DNA of 53,700 nt from positions 1-53,700 of IMG/VR virus record IMGVR_UViG_3300013136_000004; one strand, given 5' to 3'. Below are positions 52,154 to 53,700 of the stretch, piece after piece. A program made the translations under genes and the position numbers. Position 1 is the first letter of the stretch, and every line of letters starts with the position of its first letter. The notes under the pieces are model-generated. The model made no database searches. It saw only the letters and a program-made list of their open reading frames with translations, and was not told where the DNA came from. This stretch comes from a virus (taxonomy: Duplodnaviria > Caudoviricetes).

Positions 52154-52359
52154 TGTCTCACTTCTATCCAACGAAAGAAGAATTCTATAAGTTCCGGATG
52201 CTCGAGTATATCGAAGAAGGAGCGTCCTTTTATTCATACTATGGCAAGAGAGAACTTCTCAAGGAGATAGATTGTCTATACAAGACGCTTCTCGTTGACG
52301 GGGCTGTTCTCGTTCTATATCAAGGAGAAATGAGAGAGGTGAGGTGGATGAATATATGA
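52153..52359 (+). CDS. Hypothetical protein
   Basis: Translationally coupled between terL and portal. Confidence 0.55.
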   Translation: MSHFYPTKEEFYKFRMLEYIEEGASFYSYYGKRELLKEIDCLYKTLLVDGAVLVLYQGEMREVRWMNI

Positions 52360-53700
52360 AAATATTTGGATACGATATCAGCGTGAGAAAATCTTCCCAG
52401 GAGTCCTATAAAGTACCCTTCTCTCGGACTCCTTTCCTTATGTACCCTTTTCAGTCTGAGATGAGACAGATTCCTCCGAATGACCCTTTTGCGCAGATAC
52501 AGAATTATGCCTCCTGGGTATATGTGTGTGCGAATAAAAATGCACAAGCTGTTGCATCTATCCCTCTGAGGATGTATATCGCAAAGCCGACTGCGAAAAC
52601 AAAAGTTATTGTTAGGACGAAAGAGGTATCGAAAGAGACATTGAAGTTTCTTTCATCTCAACCCTCAATTGCTCCGAAGATAAAAGGAGCAGATGAGATT
52701 GTCGAGGTGGCAGAGCATCCATTTCTCGATTTGATATCGAAAATGAATCCTCTCTCAAATCGATTCGATACGTTTGAGCTAACAGAACTTTTTATGGAGC
52801 TCACAGGCAATGGATATTGGTATATGCCGAGAGGCTCTCTCAATATACCGGACCAGATATGGTGTATGCCTTCACAAAATATGCAAGTTGTTCCTGCGAA
52901 AGAAGGAGGACTCATTAAAGGATATGTGTATAGGAAGGGAAATATCCTGATTCCTTATGAGCCGGACGAGATTGTCCATTTCAAGTTCCCAAATCCCTCG
53001 AATACATATTACGGCCATTCTCCTCTCTCATCCATTGGGCTGACAGTTAAATTGCTTGAGGCGATGGGACGGTTTGAGTTAGTATTGCTCGACAATATGG
53101 CTCGCCCGGATGGTGTTTTGCAGACAGACCAGTCCTTGACAGATGAGGAATTCGAAAGACTGAAAAGAGAATGGAAAGAAACATATGGCGGAGTAAATAA
53201 GGCTGGCCAAACCGCTATCCTGGAGAAAGGACTCACCTATAACGCTATTACAATGACGCCAAAGGATTTGAATTATCAGGCAGGACGAAAAATAAGTATG
53301 CAGGAAATTGCTGCCTGCTACGGAGTTCCTCTCTCAAAGCTCACAACAGATGATGTTAATAAAGCGAATGCAGAAGTTGGTGAGGTTCAGTATAAGCGAG
53401 ATACAATTTCGCCTCGTATGATAAGATTCCAAGAAAAATTGAATGAGAGAGTGATGCCTCTCTACGACGACAACGTGTTTTGCGCATTCGATAATCCGGT
53501 GCCTGAGGATAGGCAAGCGAGAATTATAGAAAGAGAGTCAAATTTAAGAAGCGGGTACTCCTGTGTCAATGAAGAAAGAGCTCTCGATGGGAGACGTCCA
53601 GTCGACTGGGGAGAGATTCCTATCATGCCGGTCGGAATGGTTCCTCTGGGGAGCGCTGCTCCTCCAGGCTCAGCGGGCCCGATTCCAGGGATGCCTGAAC
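52356..53700 (+). CDS. Portal protein (HK97 family), truncated by the window end
   Basis: Not in the ORF track. MKIFGYDIS...WVYVC...VASIPL...HPFLDLI...NP...LTGNGYW...EIVHFK.PNP...YGHSP...YGVP. Confidence 0.9.
   Translation, partial: MKIFGYDISVRKSSQESYKVPFSRTPFLMYPFQSEMRQIPPNDPFAQIQNYASWVYVCANKNAQAVASIPLRMYIAKPTAKTKVIVRTKEVSKETLKFLSSQPSIAPKIKGADEIVEVAEHPFLDLISKMNPLSNRFDTFELTELFMELTGNGYWYMPRGSLNIPDQIWCMPSQNMQVVPAKEGGLIKGYVYRKGNILIPYEPDEIVHFKFPNPSNTYYGHSPLSSIGLTVKLLEAMGRFELVLLDNMARPDGVLQTDQSLTDEEFERLKREWKETYGGVNKAGQTAILEKGLTYNAITMTPKDLNYQAGRKISMQEIAACYGVPLSKLTTDDVNKANAEVGEVQYKRDTISPRMIRFQEKLNERVMPLYDDNVFCAFDNPVPEDRQARIIERESNLRSGYSCVNEERALDGRRPVDWGEIPIMPVGMVPLGSAAPPGSAGPIPGMPE

Noticed and set aside
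1144-53516. Minus-strand and nested alternative-frame ORFs in the track
   Set aside because: Nearly all overlap well-supported + strand genes, lack an RBS or motifs, and look like antisense shadows.
1-53700. Prophage boundary, integrase or host genes
   Set aside because: No integrase, att-like junction or host housekeeping synteny seen; the que, dnaE, dnaN, dnaX and recA homologs are divergent and embedded in phage operons.

Overview
A 53.7 kb segment of a tailed dsDNA bacteriophage genome, with essentially all real genes on the + strand. Order: end of a late/lysis region carrying accessory genes (FN3-like secreted proteins, papain-like protease, metacaspase, HAD phosphatase, lipoprotein, holin, M15 endolysin, displaced head-tail joining genes); three early cassettes, each behind a copy of a repeated sigma70 promoter block; a replication module (SF2 helicase, primase, iteron-containing initiator, DnaB); a 7-deazaguanine DNA-modification cluster (queD, queE, queC, PRTase-folE fusion, intein-containing queF, dpdA-like); a Pol III-type replisome (beta clamp, DnaE fused to UDG, clamp loader); a T4-like recombination set (UvsY-like, gp32-like SSB, RecA, flap nuclease, split SbcC with SbcD, resolvase); many small accessory genes; then terS, a 22-bp tandem repeat, terL and a partial portal gene. 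The strongest signals missing from the ORF track are: (1) a probable phage-encoded selenoprotein (thioredoxin fold, UxxC, with a SECIS-like hairpin) at 42216-42503; (2) a Y-RNA-like ncRNA with a circularly permuted tRNA domain at about 48648-48898; (3) a six-copy phage-specific promoter motif TTCTCAATTT-N13-TATAAT; (4) two ribosome-binding sites apparently bridged by long hairpins; (5) a switch-like structured leader upstream of the replication initiator. All family assignments come from motif recognition by eye, with no database searches.
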